Source of the DNA: Trichoplax adhaerens
Lineage: Eukaryota; Animalia; Placozoa
Reading direction: 5' to 3'
Length of the DNA stretch: 64,000 bases
Assembly: GCF_000150275.1 (NCBI RefSeq)
Contig: NW_002060945.1
Coordinates: 8,448,011-8,512,010 of the forward strand
Shown: in pieces, positions 1 through 31,256 of the stretch
Layout: every line of letters begins with the position of its first letter
How positions within the stretch are numbered: the first letter of the stretch is position 1
The notes under the pieces: generated by a model
Told to the model about the DNA's origin: nothing
The model's input: the letters and a program-made list of their open reading frames with translations, nothing else
The model's database searches: none
Position numbers and translations under genes: made by a program

Positions 1-34
1 CTCTCACATAAGCAATATTGAAAAGTTAGCTTAC

Positions 35-9931
<9,897 letters not shown>

Positions 9932-11749
9932 GGTAGCTAGTTGATTAATATTTTAAAACCGTGATGTTCCTCTTTACGTTTATTTACTTTTTGCTACGTA
10001 AATCTTTAATGGATTGATGTATGCTCCAATGGTTTTTTTGCTTTCAATTCCTTGAATTGGATATAGAGAGAATCTTTCTTATTACATTAGATTGAGTAAT
10101 GCCATGATGAGAAATAAATACATCGCTCTTGAGAGAATTTTTTACATTTAATGTTATAGATGGTGAGAGGTTATTAATCGAATAAAGGAAGCGAAATAGC
10201 GATAACCTTTACTACTAAAGCATATGATAAAAAGTCACTAAGCAGCACTAAACCCCATTCTTGGATGTAGCAGAAATCTTAATTAAGTTATTACTTACTT
10301 AAATTGTAGCTGTGTAAATTTTGCTCAAGTTTACATTCTCTCCTGCTTAGGTAATTACGTGACGCAGGCTGAGATGATAATCCGTGAGGATAGTACATTA
10401 ATGATTTGACTGTTTGATTACGTAACATTAGCAAAGATGATTGCTAGCACATCATCTTTAATGATGAATCTGGTGCATATACATCTAACATCAAAATGGA
10501 TAATACTAATATTAGCAATGGAAGACGTAAGTGATAAGACTATCTAGCCTTATCGAGTAAGACAGTATTTTTAATTTCTAACTAAACCATTTTGCTTCTT
10601 ACAAACTAATCTTTATATTTAACTAAACATAGTATAAATTAAAGAGGAAAATGTATAGCGTTATTTGCTGTAGCCTTTGAATTTAAACGATCCATTGCCT
10701 AAAGCTATTCTTCTAAATATAATGAGCTGGTATTTACTCATGTTAAGACCTCTTAGCAATGTACACCTGCTGGCAATCATAGCTTGAGAAGTTGACCTTT
10801 ATGACTGATTATTACAAACAGTCCTCCTCGATAAAAAGTATTAGATAGCTTCCTTTGGTATATCTCAAGATTAGTATTATTCAGTAAAATAATAGTTGAT
10901 GATTGTTATTACACTTGATTTAAAATTCAAAGTTAGCGTAGCTATATATTTCGTTTCTTTAATAAGTATATGATGACAGTTAATCTTCAGAATGGCAACG
11001 CTTTAATTACTGAGCAATCCGAAGTATTCGATTATAATCGTTTAGAATCCAAAGTAATATCAGGAGATGGTCATCATGTTATTTTTCTAAATTAGAACGC
11101 GGAATTGCTGGTTAAATTTCATTTATTTTGTAGACAAAAATTCTAGTTGAAGTGATGAAGGAATTCGATGATTACAGTACAGTAGTAAAGAAGCTACGAA
11201 AGCCTTTAATTATCTTAGCATATTGTTACTAAAAGCATACTAGATTAGTTTTCAAATATGGCTTTAATTGCAAAGCTGGACGACAGATTTTACCGGCATT
11301 ATTTAATGTGTAGTATAAGGGAAAATTTAGGCAAGAATAACAAAATATAAGAGGACAGAACACACGGTTATAGTATCGATTACTAATTGATTTTTTTGAA
11401 TGGTACCTTTTCCTTTCAAGAGAATCTATCTAAATGATGATAGTACTGTACTGTATATTATCCAAAGAACGAGTTATTAATATTCTTACTCTGTAAGTTA
11501 CTCAAATCATATGATACTGTGGCCGCTTTAACTATTAAATAAATAAAAACTGTCTAAAGTGAAATGTGATACAGTAAGTAGTGATTATTGATGATATCAC
11601 CGAACAAGCGGTTATTGCATAAAATAAAACCTGTTATCCAGTATCATGAAGAATAGGGGCATGTGGGCATGAAATGACAAGGGTAGAGAATATCATGTTA
11701 CAATGGATTTAAATTTTACTATGTATGTTCCGCTTGTTTATTTCAATAT

Positions 11750-12830
11750 GCGATATTGTGCTCTTCCCAGCCTAAGTAATACAGCCAAATACAACGCATA
11801 ACAGGATTTTTATGCTTTGTCATCAAATGGATTTATAACACTGGATAACTTGAAATAGTATTGTACAATCTTAGAGGATAATATTGAGGATATTACTGTA
11901 GGACGGCTATGCCTAACAATGAGGTAGAGACTTTCTACATAAAACCAGCTAGGGCAGTGATAACGAAAAATTATCCAATATCTTACTCTTACAATGGCAG
12001 AAAGAAACAACAACTGAATTAAATATCTTTGCTTAGACTTTGCTAATAAACGACACCAATGCTTTTCTATGCTCATCAACATATTTTAAGGCGTATGTTT
12101 AAGGTGATTCATTGAAAGCCTTAATGAACCACTCGAGGAAAAAATATTTCGATCAAACCCTATTTAACATTGCTAACTAATAGGAGATTTCGATTAGGAC
12201 GATGTACGGTTGTGCAACAGAATGGTCAAGAAAGAATGAAATGGAGATGCCACATTTTCAAGACATAACTTGAAGAAGAAGAATTTATAATTGAATGCTT
12301 CAACAAGCCTCCTGAGGCAAAAATACCTCGACCAAATGCTGTTTAACATGGTTAATACGAAATTTCGATTAGGACGATGATCGGATGTGCAATAGAACGA
12401 TAAAAAAATAATGAAATAGAGATGTCGAATCAACGCCAAAAGTACAATAGCAAACGAACACTATAACAGAAAAATGAGAAAAATAAATTGGTCATTGCAG
12501 ACCTTAATGGTCGTATGAAATTAGTCTTTGATCTGCATTGTAGCCATTGAAAGCTTAAAGATTATCGCATTAAAATGTTTATTTTCAATATCTCATCTGT
12601 TAAGAGCTGCTACGCCTGACAGAAGGTTGTTTTCTGTCATTTAAATACAAGTATACAGATTAGATCGAGATTTTTAATTACAAATATGTCGAGTAGTGAC
12701 AAAGGAAATGATTGGTTTTGGATTTACTTTTAAGGAAAGATACTAAATTTTGAAATAACCAACACAAATAGACATCCGGTTCAAATGTGCTGATGAAGAC
12801 GATGGATAAATGATAGTCATGAAATGTATG
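11750..12830 (-). pseudogene. Decayed rhodopsin-class (class A) GPCR relic with an internal ~175-bp tandem duplication
   Basis: Manual translation with frameshifts and stops gives segments in TM order. TM1 SIVFISTF(L)NGCLFVLVISK; TM2 LSLLDIFV; TM3 LSMATMQIKD*F; TM4 FIFLIFLL*CSFAIV; a duplicated TM5-like block; TM6 KSKQRYLIQLLFLSAIV; TM7 KLSSVINPF (ORF 11810-12082). Confidence 0.45.
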
Positions 12831-15729
12831 ATTTCCATCTGTTAATTATCTATTCATTTAAACCCCCCCACCTCGGTCATTAAAGTAGAATCCTAATCAT
12901 TATGCAGTAAAATGAAGATGACCTTGATAGTATCGATTACTTCCGTTTAAGGATTGTATAATCGTTGTTTCAGTTGATGGATGGCTGCCTCGACAATGAA
13001 ATAAATCTTAAGACAACAAAAACTTGTCCTATGATATTTTGAATTCAATCGATGAAATCAATTTGTTAATGACCATCCATTAAAATGTGATGATTTCGAC
13101 CGTCTTAGGATGTACAGTAGCTCACTTTCCCTTGACTAATATTCTACTATACTTTCGACGCGAATCATTCAATTTTATCGTTTAACCGTAAGGCTTACCT
13201 TTTACTTCCAATTCGATGAGCGAAATTGATTTGTTCACGGCCATAAGGCGAGATGAATCGTGACTATATCAATGATCCAACTGCTTTTCTTGTATCAGCA
13301 ACGATTAACCAAGCTAGGACTTCAAAGAAGAAAGTGGAAGAATTGAATTAGGATGGGGCAATTGCTTCTCCTTTACTTTTTCACTTGTAATCAATACAGT
13401 GAAGTCGTTATATGATTATGAATGCGAGCACGTCGATAAACATGAATGTCTATGTATATAAATACGTCTATATCCTCTCATGAAGGGAGGTAAAAAAGAG
13501 TTTTAAAATCTCTCTACACAACATTTAGTTATCAACTTGACTTGATGTACGGTAGCCTATTGGTATATCTAAAAATGGAAGAAGAAAGCAATAATAGTAC
13601 CTCAATCTAAGCCAATTGTTCAATAGCTACTTGTACCAGATGATGCTAGCTTCCTACTGTATAGAAATGTTTTGATATCAGTATGGATAGAATAAGGTTT
13701 AATTTAATCCTTAACATAACACCATACCCTACGATGAAAAGATCGATCACTAATGTCAATACCACGCACATTGAGGGCTAGGTACGTATGCTCAAGTCGG
13801 CTACGTTACCTTTTCCTTTCCAATTAATTTTGCTAAGAGTAGAGCAAGACCATTCAATTTGTCAATTCAATGCATGCTCCAAGTATGCTAAGACGTTGAA
13901 TTGGCCAGTATTAAAATGCCAATTAATAGTAATTAAAATCGATCATGATACAATAGATGAATTATTAATGCTAAGTAAACCATCTAGACAGCAAGCAAGT
14001 AGCGAGAAGCCAGATCGCTTAATAGGCCTCAGTAATCAGTTAAATATTTTTTCGCTCCCCTCCCCTTTCAGGACATCATTTTATTCTGATTTTATTCCAT
14101 TTCTTGTCATCTTTATTCAATTTAATGACCATTGTATCTTTCGTTTATTCTATTATCTGTGATTATAAAAAAAGGAGTAATCGCCAATAATAAAATAGCC
14201 TTTCGTGTATTTTAAATGGTTTCTTTCTTATTGTAATGGCTACTTTTCCAATAATATTGAACCGATGATTATAAGATTGAAATAATATTATTCAATACAG
14301 ACAATACAAGTTTAGACTAGAGGAGTTCCCTTAATACTATTGTTTTGCTACCAATTAATCTTGTCTTAACTATGCTGATCAAGATATAAATAAGATAATC
14401 ATCATGACAAAAACAGTTTGAAGATAACAAGTTGAAATTTTCCCTCCCCTCTCTCTCTCTTTCAAGCTAAAATTATATTAACAATAACACATCACTTGAT
14501 GACGCGATAATGGCATGCAAATAAGACGATAGTTTAGCACCATGCATTGGATCGATTCAGTGATACTCCAACTAGCCTAAAATCATGCGTTAATATACTA
14601 TTATTCTCATTTCGATCGTTAATTGAAAGTTTCCTAATTAAGATCTTCTTAATCTGATCCTTTCTATAACAAGATAATGAGATACGCTAGACGTTGACTT
14701 TGCTTTCTTCCACGCTTCTCCTATATGTTGTCAACTTTATAACAGTTCATCTTCTTATACATCAAAATAGAAGAGGAAATAACAAGAAAGACAGACGAGA
14801 TAATCTTTTCCATTTCGCCCTTTACTACTATCAACTCTACTTTTGGCGTATCAATCCACAGTGACCAATTTTTTTTTATTTGTTGCTTCCCTTCCTTCAA
14901 CTCTGCTCATGAGTGATAAATTTAAAAGGACCAATCATTTTCCCCTTCCCCTCCCTCCAACTCTACTTATCTAACTCAATTTGTGGGGTATAAATCTAAA
15001 ATGATTAGACAACCACAGATCATGCTAGAATTTCAATAGGATTTTGAGGATAGAAGGCAGTATGATATTCATATTGATAATGTGTTCTTAGTGTTTACAA
15101 AGAATCTAACTTGTTGGCGTAAACTTGATTCTAGTTGAATAGATTAATGCGCTGCATGTTGCGAAATTCTTTAATAGAAGTTATTCAAGCTGACAGACCC
15201 AAAATGTAATCTTTTTTATTATGACCACCTTGTTACTATTTGCATTAAGCTAAAAAATCATCATGGCCTACATTTTATAGTAGAGATTCGATAACCAATG
15301 AGACATTGCTTCGTCTATAACGTGATACAAGTGGAAGAGAAATGTCAACACGACATAATAGATCACGCACCAAGGTCCATAATTTTGTGTCCATGTTGAA
15401 CTAAGGTACAATAAAAGAATAGTACTATAAGCACCCACTATGCTTAATCAAGAATGCTGACTCAAAGGCTTAGTCAATAACTTACATTATTGTTGCTGTA
15501 TACTATAATTTAAAATTCTATCCTGTCTATGACTTGGCTAATTTATTATCCTTATCGTAGCGATGACTCACCAACTTAAGACATAGGTTGTTCTATTTTC
15601 AGTCTTTAAACGTGATAGAGAATGATATTTGTTTGATGATAAGCAATCGTAGGTTTTGTCACCCATCAAGACTGTTTTACTTTATACCTTCCATCTTGAA
15701 GGACTTTAATTTCAATTTCTATCAATCTG

Positions 15730-16330
15730 ATGCATCGCTTTAAATGTTGGAAAATATTCAACGCCTTGAATGCTGTCGATAAATTGTAGCAAGTAGAGAG
15801 AAATTTCTTAACAGCGTATTTGTCAACGTGGTTTCCAGCCTACCGATAAATATTCTATAAAATATCCAAATCTGCTTGAATCTCAAAAGTCTATTGCAAA
15901 ATAGACCCACAGGATAAGGTTGTCTTATAAAATAATCTATGGGTAATAGGTATAGAAGTTATTTTGACGGCATTCTCGTCAACTATGTTGTTCCCAGCCC
16001 ATAGATAGACAGTTTGTAACTGCATGAATTTTGCCAACACATTGCAGAATTCAAACATTGACCCAAGCTGTCGAATAAAATAGTCTTTGAGCAACAAGTA
16101 GAGATGTTTACCACATGACTTTCCAGCCTAAATGTTGTTTCCAGCCAATGCATAATGAGACATTTTTTAAAATAGTTGTTAATACTAAACCTGCTTAATG
16201 CTTGTTGGTCATTATAGAATTAAACCAAAAGATCAAGTTATCTCAATGTACTAATTAGAGAAGCTATTTGATGGTATTCTTGTCAATTTGTTATATGCAG
16301 CTTACTGATAGATGTGTTATTAATAACATA
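15730..16330 (-). pseudogene. Decayed leucine-rich-repeat gene fragment
   Basis: YNKLTRIPSNSFSN/STLR*LDL (~16295-16225). Three recurring AGN(N/H)(I/V) units at ~16145, ~15998 and ~15838, e.g. LQTVYLWAGNNIVDENAVKIT in ORF 15891-16097. Confidence 0.5.
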
Positions 16331-16599
16331 TTAAAACTGCTTTAATCTCGTGTTGACGCGGCTAGTTGTTAGTAGTTTAAGACAAGGATTACAAATTCCA
16401 CTTATAGAGGTATTAGGAGATTCTAACAGTTACAATCGAATAAGTAGGCCTTTGCGACGCTGTTATATAATTTTAGTCGGACTGTATTAAGGTTAGCGAT
16501 TACTTGTTTATAGTCTGACCAAGATTACCAATTTCACTTATAGAGACATTAGAAGATTCTAACGATTGCAATGGAATAAGTTGGCCTTTACAGAACTTT

Positions 16600-19230
16600 C
16601 ATATATCACATGGGTACTTGAAAAATCTCTTTTCTATCGTAATATTACAGAAATATTTACAATTTTTAGCAGTTGCCAACAAATTATATCGATAACTTCT
16701 AGCTTGTTTGTGTGCATTGGAAAAAGTTTGAGCTACTTCAATGGTATCGATAAGTTTTTATATTTGCATTGAATAGTTCTATTACTTCGTAACCATTAAT
16801 CGCTAGCTTCAGCATACTATGATTACGAACAGATTGACCATGAAAGATACACCTGAGATGTTTTACTTTAGCACTATTCACGAATACTGGATAAGCTGGA
16901 AAATATGCATAACTAGGGGTGGACTATGACGATAATTATAAATTCCTACTAATGCGTCATTTGGAATTAAAAGCCATGCTATCCTCTGACCTTCTTAATG
17001 CAATTATTAAGCTAATCCTGGGATTGCAATGCGCTACATCAGTTTGTTATCATTTCTTAAAATATTAAGACATTATTTATTCGCATTCCTTTACCTAAAT
17101 GAACTGGAAAACATGCATAACAGCGCATCATTTAAAATTGGAAGTCATATTATTTTTTAAGTTTGTTAATGCAATTCGTAAGTCAATTCTTGGATTATAT
17201 CATGTTACATCAGTTGGGTGCTATTTCTTAAAGTATCAAGATATTATTTATTCACAATCCTTGACCTAGTTGCTACTTTTATCTACCGATCGTTATCTAG
17301 CAAAGTGCAGATATTGGTTGCAATTTAGAAAATGATGTTGTGGCACTTTATATTCCAGTAACTAACCATTAACTTAGAGTTTCAAGATATGGTTATTTAC
17401 ATATCCTAACTTAAAGTATCACTTAAAGAGGTTGAAAGATTAAATATTCGAGCTATTAACTTTATAAGAAAATTATGTTATACAAAGTATGCAATTGCTT
17501 CTCCTGATGCGTCAAATAAGATAGGCACAGATATATGTGTAATCGCTTAGACTATATGGAAAGACATTATTTTGAAATATTGCATGATACTTTGAAGTAA
17601 CTATCTAAACTTATTGCTATAATTATGAAATCTCGGATAAACAATGAAGGGAATTAAAAAGTAGAAAGTAATAGTTAGTACTTCTATTCGCCTTAATTGA
17701 TACAGCTTTAGAAATAGCTTACAACATCAGATATAATTTACTACCAGTTTACAGGCATATTAAATTATAAATCACCTGCAGAAATTTCGCTGTCTATGCC
17801 TTAGATGATCAGAAAGTTTTGCTATTTATAGGGCACAGCTCACAGCTCACAGCTGGTTCTTCGTGATATAAACGAATAAGATTTCCTTTATACGAATATC
17901 TATTAGCCTAGCAAAAACTTTCTCATAATACTTCTTGAGGAGAATATATTATATTCGTAAGTAAATATTAAATAACTAGAAAATAACTTTACTCTAGTGT
18001 AATTAATTGCAAATTTTCAGAAAATTTCAGAAGATATTATTACTTTAATGCATGTATTGTCGTTATATTCAAGATTTAGAGAACTGTCTAGCTACATCAT
18101 ACTGTACTTAGCTACTTAAATTTAGAAGAATTTAATATATACAGTACGCATTATTATCTTGAAATTGTCCATTTATAAGGTATTTATCAATATAGCAATC
18201 ACAAACCTCCAGAAGTCATTTATAGCCTATATTACTGGTTAATATCGTCTATGAACTACATGATAAGTGAATTAAGCTATCGGGTATTGATCGGTTTCTT
18301 AGCATTTAACATGCTAATAGTTACGTGTATTGAAAAATCCGAAAGATAAAGCCAAAATACTATGCTAGCACTTTACGTAATTATTTGTCTGGAGGATTAT
18401 TTATTGGTACAATAGTAATTTGCAATCTTCAGTATATCCTGAAATATATCATTAATATTGTTGATTTAAAAACGTAAATAACTTAATACATAATTAGTTG
18501 ATTAGTATACATTTAATAAAAGCGATTAATTTATACATGCTCTATCATAGCAATTTGCACAACAATATTCGATCGTACTTTCATGTTATTGATTGTAGTA
18601 TATTTAGAATATACTGTAACTATATTCTACTCTTAAATATAGACATGTTGTATTGATCTTATATTTAGACATATCTACAGTCTGTTTGCTCTACATTCAA
18701 ATATGGCCTACTACATTTAGTTATTACAGTCCTCGCTATTTTCTACAATCATCTGCTATTCTATAACCTGTTATGGTATATGTTGTATCTAATCCTACAA
18801 TCATGTTCTCTGCATGTGTTTTAATGCCATAGCTATAAATACTGCCATTTTCTGCCTTAGATTTCTTAAGTTGCATTATTAGTCACAGTAAGTATTCACA
18901 CTTTACTTACGGCAGCTACCACGCCGACCTACCGTAATTATCACATTGTACCTAACTATTCTTAAGCTCTTTGTGCAATTCTCTGCATGGCAACTGAAAC
19001 CACATTATCTGACTCTTTGAACACTCCATCACATTGATTCACAAAGATAAGTAGAGAATTACTACAAATATGTAGTCTTAAACTAGTAATATTAGAATGC
19101 CAAATGATATATGAACGACATTCTGCTTTAAAGGTATCAACAAAATACCAAAAACTTAGCTGGCAGTATCTTTCCCTTTACTATACTATAGATATACAAG
19201 TATCACCTATTTCTACACTAAATAAGGAAA
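16600..19230 (+). pseudogene. Decayed LRR-containing GPCR (LGR/glycoprotein-hormone-receptor-like) relic 1
   Basis: LRR-like segments IPTNASFGIKS and ALEIAYNI. Hinge/TM1 LISSMNYMISELSYRVLIGFLAF (~18240-18307); TM2 end YIINIVDLKT (18445); TM3 CSIIAICTTIFDRTFMLLIVVYLEYTVTIFY (18538); ECL2 VVSNPTIMFSACVLMP; TM7-like KNLAGSIFP..PI(F)YT (~19150-19220). Order matches the LGR consensus. Many stops. Confidence 0.55.
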
Positions 19231-19319
19231 AGGGTAACAGTTTCAATAAACATATTGTTCAATGATTAGATATCTAGATATTGCATCAAATCAATAAACA
19301 ATAAATCATTTAAACGCGT

Positions 19320-20240
19320 GTTCTATTAATTATTTCAAATGCTTATGAGCCGACATCTAGTTTACAGAAAATTACTATCCAACTTCTGGTAACCAACTAT
19401 AAAGTACCTGGATAACAATACAAAAATTCATGAATAGCAAGCAGCTTACATTACTAAGTGCTTAGAGGTATACACTAATAAAAGTCTTGTAGATCCAACC
19501 TTATTAAAATAAATGAGCAGCAATAAATTTACTGTATTGGAACTCGTTTATTAATATTACTGAGAAAAATATTGATAGGCAATTATTCTTTTTACTATGG
19601 AAGTAGATTATATTTTTAAGTGATGGAAATTATCACAAATTAGTAATTGCCCAATTTGTAGAGAAATTGAAGCAAGCATTAAATAAAGCATATTATTGAC
19701 ACATTCCTATTTAGACCTACATCATTTTAATCAATAGAGCATTAAAACTTGATCAATTAGTTCGAAGCCAATCATTTCTGTACCATCAACTTTGGCACAA
19801 GTTATAAATTTTACATGAAAAACGTAAAGTATATAAATATTATCAATAAAAATTGCTTAATATTAATGACATGCTTTCATTCACAATTATAAAGTAAACT
19901 TTGGCCTATTCCAAGAAATAGACTACATTAACTACACGAATTGGATTACAATCATTTACTTAGAAGGTTTTTAACTATAGAAATCATCTCATGAGATGTA
20001 ATCAAATTACACAAATAACATCTATTTTAAATAATAAATGAAGGAATTTGTTTATAATATTCATGCTAAGATTTTAGAAAATACTATTTAGTCTCTCCAA
20101 CATGAATAACTTATTACCAGCTCGATAACGTCATAATATGATATTATTTATCGACCCTATTCGGTTATAATGTCATCTGCTATGTGTAGCTGATCTTGTT
20201 ATATATATTGATATTATATGAGCATTAATAGTTGCAAAGA
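19320..20240 (+). pseudogene. Decayed LRR-GPCR relic 2 (LRRs, hinge, TM2)
   Basis: ISNAYEPTSSLQKI, SGNQL, SYLDLHHFNQ, IKT*SISSKPIISVPSTLAQ, CNQITQI, hinge SLSNMNNLLP (~20090) and LCVADLVIYIDII (~20180). Confidence 0.45.
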
Positions 20241-20329
20241 AATAATGTTACTGCAGCCTAAACCTAATTAAAAGTTGATTTATTTTGAAACCTCAAGAGA
20301 ATGTTGCTATTAATTACCGTATAGTAGAA

Positions 20330-22050
20330 CATTCTGCTATTAAGGTCAATAGCATTCCTCTATCACTATTTACTAGAGATTGCATATGAAGTTGCATTTA
20401 TCACAAAATAATGATCCAGTAATGATATCATAATCTAGAATTATTAATATGTATTGGTACATTCAAAAAACCTAAAAGAGCTGTTAAAAATAACTAGTTA
20501 TGAATTCTAACGGTAGCGTAATAGTAGAGATCGAGTAAATTTAAATTTATCGTACGAAATATTGAAAACTGTTTAGCATCATTTTATCATTATTTCCATT
20601 AATCTTAGTTGCCATGCTATAAACCGATTCACAGGAAATGTAGACTTATTAAATCGTTATCCTTAAAGTAATTCTATCTTAGATATACCAGTTTTGATCA
20701 TCTTGTATTAATAAATAGTTCATATAATTTACCAAGAAAGAACTGGATTAGTCTAAATATTGACCATTATTAAAAAGCTTTTTTGTTATTTTTCTATTGA
20801 TAAAAATTTAAAATTCAATTAGTAATAGCTATAGTTCTACCTAGTGTATTTGACCTTCTAAACGTCATTTCACCTTCACCTCAAACTCTTACATAGTTTA
20901 ATATAAATCAATGACTATTATTGTTTACATTGGACATAGTTTTTACTTATGACATGGTTATTGTGATCAAAAATTTAATGTTTTATCTCATTTCAAATGT
21001 GCTAAAATGAAGTAAGCTTATTTCTGTTTCCATCTAAAGCCTGTATATCAACTAATAAATGAATTAAAACTAAATTTCTATCGGCTTAGATATCGACTGA
21101 TTCACTTATCGGGCGATATTCTCACATTTTTTATGTTTTTCATTAAAGTAAAGCTTAGCTAAGATCTGGTACTATTATCTAATCTTAACATTATAGTTAT
21201 TTGAACACCAGTTCGAGACTAAATGTTATGAATTTCATGCAGTAACTTTACGACATATTCACTTAACTTGATTCCATAATTCCAAAGCGAATAATTAAGT
21301 AAAAAATTATCAGAAGATAGCCTATGAAACTATCCAGCTTTTGAATTGCTTCTAATAAATTCTCACGTACATAAACAAGGTATTGTATAGTATTAAAGTT
21401 TTATCAGATGTATAATTTATAGCATAGCTACGTAGGAGTGCTATAGACATATGGTATAAGGCTTTATACATGGCAAATTCACTCGTTCTAATGCTAAAAA
21501 AAGCCTTGTAAATGCAACCTTAAATATTACAATAATGGAATAATTCCTAGGAGATATTAATAGCAATCTTAATAGCTAATATGTATCCCACTGTAAGTTC
21601 ATCATTCACGATAAAAATTTCGTCAATAACCATTATGGATCTATCTACTTCATTCATATTTTGAGTGATTATCATACCTAACCTAGTCTAAAAAGGAATT
21701 TACTCTGTTGCTATAGCTATCTACACTCAAATAATAAGGAGTATTGCTCCATGTTTAAGGTATGCTGTAAATTTACTTGAGCTCGTAATTTACTAGTCTT
21801 AAATAATCTTGCTATCAATTGGCATAGTCGTGATGATAACACCATCGCATACGTATAGTGCTACATTCATAACTAAGATCATTTGCTAATACGTATAGAC
21901 TCGTTTTATAAACAACGCTATGTAAATATTTTTTTGTTATTAAAAGAATTATAAAATAATCATAGAATGCTAATTTACGTATATATTGATTCTGTATATG
22001 CTGCATAATCATCCTATTCAAGATAATTCAGAAACCTTTTCTACAATTAC
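20330..22050 (+). pseudogene. Decayed LRR(-GPCR) relic 3
   Basis: KVNSIPLSLF, KLHLSQNN and IKSLSL/SNSILDIP, followed by hydrophobic TM-like runs (VIIIPNLV..VAIAIYTQII; IILLSIGIVVMITP) at ~21560-21850. Confidence 0.35.
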
Positions 22051-23805
22051 GACTTGGTGTTCATATGGAGTAGAGGACAGTCTAGCATAGCAACTGATAA
22101 CTCGCAGTACTACGGACAGCGAATTGAAAGTTGCTAACATGTTGATTACGTTTTAGATTTCAAGGATAAAAATTCAGATCATTTTTAACCGAATCAGTAA
22201 ATGGTTAATGTCGATATATAAATTTTGTTCGTGTTCTATTATTAGCAAGATTTTGACTAGAAAACGTGAAAAATTAGTAAGGCCTCCTCGTTTACGTATG
22301 CACATGCAGTACACATGTACATCCGGTACGTTTTTACCACTTCTTGAGCCGCTTCAAACAATTAAACTCTATCAATTAGTTAATTTTAAATTAAGTTGAT
22401 TTCACTAGTAAACAAGAGCATGCTAACGAAAAATTAGAGACGCCATTCCAAATATCTATGTTAGTGTATTTTATTAAATACTGCTTATTTGCATCACACA
22501 ATTCATGAAATTTAAGTCTTTAAAATGTATTATACTCAGTAAGTTCACTACTTACAAAACAATTACGAGAATTTTATTGCTGTTGTTGCATCTCTATCTG
22601 TTATGTTAAATAAAGCATCTCAAATATCTTATTAGTTAATGCTGTTATGCTGATCAATTTCTTAATTACATAAAACCTCTTTTAAATATATGCTAATGGT
22701 TTCGTTGATATGACGTAATGTAAGGAAGTTACCAAGTGATCTGTGTAAATAAATGATAGCCTTACGGTTAAGTTATTCTTTCTAAGCAATCTGATGCAAT
22801 TATAGCTTAAAATTTATTTTCAAATATACTGTAGAACATGCGCCAGATTAAATTTTAGTAAAAATTAAATAAAAAAGGACAAGAAATAGCTATTGCAACA
22901 AGCAGTGTTTATAGTTTACGCTTTACCAAAGGAAGCAACAACACTTTGGCATTGGTACTATTACATTCAATTCATGACTACTTTATCTACTAATTCCAAT
23001 GAAATAATAAGAGAAATGGAATCTTAAATATGATAGCACATCGTGTAATTTCATGCATAGCTGCAAAGTAAATATAACATTAAAAAAGATCGAACTGATT
23101 GGCCACGTAAGAAAGTTCCCACAGACAGAATTAATTAAGCTCGAGATAATAAGCATAAAGTGTTATATGGAATATAAATATCACCTACAATTATTATATA
23201 GGCAAGGCTAAACAATTATCAACTGCGGAAACAGATTAAATATTCTGAAATAACAAAGCAGAATTCACATTATCCATGCATGATGCTTACAATGCTGTAT
23301 ACATCATATCAGCTACCTAGGCTATGAATTGACAACCTGTGTCTCCCTTGTTACAAATGTAGATAATTTCGTTTAGAAAAGAAGTAGTTATCAATTTAAA
23401 ATCAGGCTTCTTTACCAGTTTCGTCAATTTTGTTATAAATAGACCAATATCAATACTTATTTCAACGCTTTCTTTTCATTCGGCGCAAATATGTCAATTA
23501 TACAATATTAGTATTTTTAGTATTATGAGCAAATGACTTTCGATACTCTATTACGTACAATGCTCAAATTAATCACTAATACTCAGATTAACAGATTTCA
23601 CGCATCAAAGTTCTATTTCGAAGTTAAAAGTGCCATACTGATTAAGTTTCAATCTCTAAAAAAGTCCTCAAAAATGCATAGCCAATAATTGTAAAAGCTA
23701 TTTTAGGTCAAAATAATAGAAACCTATTACATATGGTCTCTTTACTGATACTATGGTAACAATTACTATCATAAATAGATATATATAGATGTATCGTTAC
23801 AGCTA

Positions 23806-31256
<7,451 letters not shown>

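Noticed and set aside
13788-14162. 124-aa plus-strand ORF
   Set aside because: No recognisable domain or splice context; it runs into low-complexity pyrimidine-rich sequence.
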